Assembly: GCA_963675595.2 (NCBI GenBank) | Contig: CAXXLZ010000001.1 | Coordinates: 1,056,001 to 1,120,000, forward strand | Reading direction: 5' to 3' | DNA from: Thermodesulfobacteriota bacterium | GTDB lineage: Bacteria; Desulfobacterota; Desulfarculia; JACQYL01 | Length of the DNA stretch: 64,000 bases | Shown here: positions 60,052 to 64,000 of the stretch, piece by piece | How the letters are laid out: each line of letters begins with the position of its first letter | Numbering within the stretch: position 1 is the first letter of the stretch | The notes under the pieces: model-generated | The model's database searches: none | What the model was told of the DNA's origin: nothing | Seen by the model: only the letters and a program-made list of their open reading frames with translations | Made by a program: the position numbers and the translations under genes

Positions 60052-61989
60052 TTACCCCGTCACTTGCTGCTTGACATAGTTGAGCGCGCCCCCCGCCAGA
60101 AGGAACCTACGCTGGCGGGGTGATACTTCAAGTCGAGCCATAACGGGTTTTCCATCCACTTCCGCCGTGATCTCCGTATCGCCTTTTTCCACTTTGTGTC
60201 GCACGTCCCGGATGGTCAAGAGGGCGCCGGGTGCGCAAAGGGCATAGTCGTCGGGGTTCACGAAGGTCAACGGGAGGATCCCGAAGTTGCACAGATTGGC
60301 TTTGTGAATCCGGGCGAAGCTCTTGGCCAGCTTCACCCTGACGCCCAGGTACCTCGGGGCCAGCGCGGCATGCTCCCTGCTCGATCCCTGACCGTAATTC
60401 TCTCCTCCGATCACGGCGACCACGCCGGCTTCTTTGGAGCGTCGGGGAAAATCAGGGTCCACCTGGGTGAACACGTAGGTACTGATGGCGTCGATGTTCG
60501 ATCGGAGAGGAAGAATCTGACTCCCGGCCGGCATGATGTGATCCGTGGTAATGTTGTCTTCCACCCGCAGCGTGATGCGCGCTTCCAACGTCTCCGGGAG
60601 CGGGTTCATGGCGGGCAGGGGACGAATGTTGGGGCCGCGGAGCACTTCCACGTCACGCTTGCCTTTGTCGGGAAAGATCAGGGAGGATTCGTCGATGAGG
60701 TACTTTTCCGGGTCTTGAATCCTCGGATAAGCCATTTCCTTTCCCAGGTCTCGCGGGTCCGTGATGACACCGGTGAGTGCCGCGGCGGCCGCGGTTTCGG
60801 GCGAACACAAATACACCTTGTCGTCCTTGGTGCCCGACCGTCCGGGAAAGTTGCGCGGAAACGTGCGCAGACTGACCTGCCCGCTGCCGGGAGCCTGACC
60901 CATGCCGATGCATCCCAGGCATCCGGATTCGTGAATCCGTGCGCCGGCCAGGAGCAGCCACAAAGCGCCGCCCTGAACCGCCACGTTTTCCATCACCTGA
61001 CGGCTGCCGGGGTTAATGTGGAAAGAAACCTCCGGATGCACGTGCCGATTTTCCATCACTTTGGCCGCGACCATGAGGTCCCGAAAAGACGAATTGACGC
61101 TGCTGCCCACAATGACCTGATGCACCTTGACGCCTGCCGTCTCCCTCACCGGAACCACGTTTCCCGGAGAAGAGGGGCAGGCGATGAGGGGCTCCAGGGT
61201 GGAGAGGTCGATGCGGTCCTTTTCATGGTAATCCGCATCCGGGTCCGGAAGCAGTTCCACCCAGTCCTCGCCCCGTCCCTGGGATTCGAGATACTTGCGG
61301 GTATTGTCGTCCGAAGGGAAGACCGTGCTCGTGGCGCCCAATTCGGTGCCCATATTCCCGATGGTTTCGCGGTCCGTGGCCGACAGGCTCATGAGTCCGG
61401 GGCCGTGGTATTCCACGACTTTGCCGACGCACCCCTTAACCCCGTAGCGTCTCAGCATCTCGAGGATCACGTCCTTGGCACTGACCCAATCGGGTAATGC
61501 TCCCACCAACTCGATGCCCAAAACTCGAGGGCAGGGGATATAGTAGGCTCTTCCCGCCATGGCCATGGCCACGTCGAGGCCTCCGGCGCCCACGCCCATC
61601 ATGGAGACACCGGCGGCGCCCGGTGTGTGGCTGTCCGCTCCGATGACCGTCTTTCCCGGAATGCCGAAACGTTCCATGTGCACCTGATGCGAAATCCCGT
61701 TGCCCGCCGGGCTGTAGGTGATGCCGTATTTGGCGCAGGCCGTGCGCAGGAATTGGTGGTCGTCGGCGTTTTTGAAATCGGTCTGAATGATGTTGTGATC
61801 CACGTACTGCACCGCGGTTTCGATGGAGACGGATTCAAGGCCCATGGCTTCAAATTCGAGCATGGCCATGGTGCCGGTGGCGTCCTGGAGAAGGGCGTGG
61901 TCGATCCGAATTCCGATTTCCTCCCCCGGTATGAGTTCGCCTTCCACGAGGTGATTTTCCAGTATCTTGTAAGTGAGAGATTTACCCAT
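60052..61989 (-). CDS. Aconitate hydratase
   Basis: QDATG, DHN, GADSHT, GCLGCIG, RNFPGRSG, TTDHIMP and NYGQGSSREHAA. Confidence 0.93.
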   Translation of the reverse strand: MGKSLTYKILENHLVEGELIPGEEIGIRIDHALLQDATGTMAMLEFEAMGLESVSIETAVQYVDHNIIQTDFKNADDHQFLRTACAKYGITYSPAGNGISHQVHMERFGIPGKTVIGADSHTPGAAGVSMMGVGAGGLDVAMAMAGRAYYIPCPRVLGIELVGALPDWVSAKDVILEMLRRYGVKGCVGKVVEYHGPGLMSLSATDRETIGNMGTELGATSTVFPSDDNTRKYLESQGRGEDWVELLPDPDADYHEKDRIDLSTLEPLIACPSSPGNVVPVRETAGVKVHQVIVGSSVNSSFRDLMVAAKVMENRHVHPEVSFHINPGSRQVMENVAVQGGALWLLLAGARIHESGCLGCIGMGQAPGSGQVSLRTFPRNFPGRSGTKDDKVYLCSPETAAAAALTGVITDPRDLGKEMAYPRIQDPEKYLIDESSLIFPDKGKRDVEVLRGPNIRPLPAMNPLPETLEARITLRVEDNITTDHIMPAGSQILPLRSNIDAISTYVFTQVDPDFPRRSKEAGVVAVIGGENYGQGSSREHAALAPRYLGVRVKLAKSFARIHKANLCNFGILPLTFVNPDDYALCAPGALLTIRDVRHKVEKGDTEITAEVDGKPVMARLEVSPRQRRFLLAGGALNYVKQQVTG

Positions 61990-62383
61990 GAAATACGCTC
62001 CCTGAGTTTCTGTGTTGCAGAGGTCGTTTCGCCGTTCGTCCCATACAAATAGGCGAAAACCGACCTAGGATTAAGAATGGTATCGAAAAGAAGGGTTCAT
62101 TTCATCCACTTTCTCCCGGACCCCGTCGCCGGACGGGCCATGGAACCCGGTGGCGTGCACCATGGGAGACATTTCAAGGCTTGCGCGGTCTCATTCCATG
62201 ATTATTTTCACATCCGGGTAAATGAAGGGACACTGCACGGTGTGCGCGGCGTTTCGAGCGCCGGCGCCCGTGAGCAGATTCCTTGACCCGCGTGGAACTT
62301 CACTATATGTAACCCAACGTTGATCGTGCGTAGTACTCCCACCGGTATCTTCTAATTTCACTCTTTCCGTCGAGGGGAAAAGA

Positions 62384-62707
62384 ATGGCTTACACAAGCGC
62401 CGAAGAAATATTCTCGCAAGTAGAAAATAAGTTCAATGCGGACAAAGCGAAAGGCCTGAGTGCGGTTTTTCAGTTCAACATCACCGGGGACGGCGGAGGC
62501 AAGTGGTACGTGATCGTGGACCAGGGAAGTTGCACCGTTCAATCCGGCATGCACGCCAGTCCCAACGTGAGTCTGACCATGGACGCTCCCACATGGGTGG
62601 GCATGGTCAACGGCGACGTTAGCGGGATCCAGGCGTTCATGAGCGGTAAGCTCTTTGTGAACGGCGATCTCAACCTGGCGCAGAGTATTCAGGACCTGTT
62701 CAAATAG
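62384..62707 (+). CDS. SCP2 sterol/lipid-binding domain protein
   Basis: VFQFNITG..GG.W...AFMSGKL.V.GD...A. Confidence 0.9.
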   Translation: MAYTSAEEIFSQVENKFNADKAKGLSAVFQFNITGDGGGKWYVIVDQGSCTVQSGMHASPNVSLTMDAPTWVGMVNGDVSGIQAFMSGKLFVNGDLNLAQSIQDLFK

Positions 62708-62830
62708 AGACCATTCACAGTTGGGGGAAAGTGGGCGATCGCACTTCCCGTGTCTCGCAGGGGCCGAATGAACAAGCCGGTGCCGGGCGATCCCCTCTTG
62801 TGACTCTCAGTACGCAGGAAGGCACTTTTT

Positions 62831-63229
62831 ATGATCGGTCTTCTCGTTCGATGGGTGATCGTCGCGGTGGCCATTGTGCTCGCCGCTTATCTCGTGGACG
62901 GTATTCAGGTGAAGGGGTTTTTCTCGGCCTTTTTCGCGGCGGCCATGTTGGGCATACTCAACGCCTTTTTCCGGCCCATCCTTCTGATTCTCACGTTGCC
63001 CGTGAATATTCTGACTTTCGGGCTTTTCACCTTTGTCATCAACGCCATGATGCTCAAAATGGCGTCCGCGGTCATCCCCGGTTTCCAGGTCGTGGGTTTT
63101 TGGGCGGCGGTGGGCGGGTCGCTCATCGTGAGCGTGGTGAGCTGGCTTCTCACTTCGTTCATCAACGAGCGAGGCCGGGTGGAATATATCGAGCTCCGCA
63201 AGAAACAGGACGGCACCTGGGATCGCTAG
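62831..63229 (+). CDS. Phage-holin-like 4-TM membrane protein (DUF360 type)
   Basis: RPILLILTLP.NILTFGLFTFVINA. Confidence 0.88.
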   Translation: MIGLLVRWVIVAVAIVLAAYLVDGIQVKGFFSAFFAAAMLGILNAFFRPILLILTLPVNILTFGLFTFVINAMMLKMASAVIPGFQVVGFWAAVGGSLIVSVVSWLLTSFINERGRVEYIELRKKQDGTWDR

Positions 63230-63627
63230 CGGACCGGTGAACCAGGCGGTCCAAGGCGTTACGCCTCCTCCCTCGTCACTTCCCGTAGACGGCCCTTCGC
63301 GATGATGCCGAGCACTGCGTCGCTTGCGGGCGTTTTCGAATCTCCGCCTGACACGACCTTTCAGGTTTGTGCCCATCGGTTCGTCCGGATTTGCGGAAGG
63401 ATGAGAGGCCTACCCAGGTACCGGAAATGCCGCGTGCACGTTTGCACGGGAGTTGCTGAGAACGCCGAGCCCCGGCTCGGCGCTACTCCGGGCGATGCTT
63501 CCACTCGAATGCACCCTTGGAATGATTCGGCGCCACGGAAATTCGAGTCCATACGGGCGTGCTTGAAAGTTCCGCGGGACAAGTCCGGGAGGGTACGTTC
63601 AGCGGACAGGCGTGAATCGGAGCGGTT

Positions 63628-64000
63628 CTACTCCAACAGGTTGGCGTCGTCGGCCGGAGTGAGGAGATCATCCAAGGCTTTGCTTTCCCCCGGCCCCCGA
63701 TCCGGTTCCGTGATCATGCGGCAGAACCCGTGCAGCAGGGCCCCCTTTTCCATGGTGAGAATCCCCGCCTCGATATCGCCGTGCACCTTGCCGGTGCTCC
63801 CGATGTCCAGTTGCTTCAGGGCGGAGATGCTTCCCATGACTTCGCCGTTCACCACCACGTGGTCCGCGATGATGTCCGCTTCCACCAAGCCTTTCCTACC
63901 CACCACCACGGATGACTTGGATTCGATTCTTCCCTTGAAGCTGCCTTCCACATAAACGGAATTTCTCAGGAAGAGCATGCCCTGGAACACGCTGTCGGGT
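63628..64000 (-). CDS. Bactofilin / polymer-forming cytoskeletal protein (5' end outside the window)
   Basis: Beta-helix repeats V.G...G.I, G.V.ADI.A..VVV.G.V.G.I.A and G.V.GDI....L..E.GA...G. Confidence 0.88.
   Translation of the reverse strand, partial: PDSVFQGMLFLRNSVYVEGSFKGRIESKSSVVVGRKGLVEADIIADHVVVNGEVMGSISALKQLDIGSTGKVHGDIEAGILTMEKGALLHGFCRMITEPDRGPGESKALDDLLTPADDANLLE

Noticed and set aside
62831-63229. Prophage suggested by the holin-like gene
   Set aside because: This family is common in non-phage contexts and no phage genes are nearby.
1-64000. CRISPR array, rRNA or tRNA genes
   Set aside because: No regularly spaced direct repeats or RNA-gene signatures were seen by eye.

Overview
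This is a GC-rich chromosomal segment from an anaerobe, most likely a member of Desulfobacterota (Deltaproteobacteria). That assignment rests on gene content and protein style. Core genes include purC, lepB, pyrB-pyrC, cydAB, a class I fumarase alpha/beta plus frdCAB operon, hldE, and a TCA operon (aconitase, citrate synthase, sdhAB, transporter, fumC). The window also carries a class II tungsten benzoyl-CoA reductase core (bamBC) and a cysteine synthase-CysRS fusion. Two loci stand out. (1) An accessory region at about 34.3-49.4 kb holds an octaheme tetrathionate-reductase-family cytochrome that the ORF track splits in two. The split is a single in-frame TGA (45897-45899) exactly at the conserved active-site-region Cys, followed by a SECIS-like hairpin, so this is probably an exported multiheme selenoprotein. 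It is flanked by divergent sigma-54 promoters, a shared operator-like motif, a Cys-rich PAS enhancer-binding protein, a porin-like protein, a cNMP-rhodanese fusion, DoxX/MauE and an IS3 insertion. (2) In a pilMNO operon, pilP and pilQ are replaced by two tandem lipoproteins that fuse PilQ-type AMIN-AMIN-N0 domains to a C-terminal PilP domain and have no secretin barrel. A pyrL-like leader peptide with a terminator lies upstream of pyrB. All calls come from reading motifs by eye; no database searches were run.
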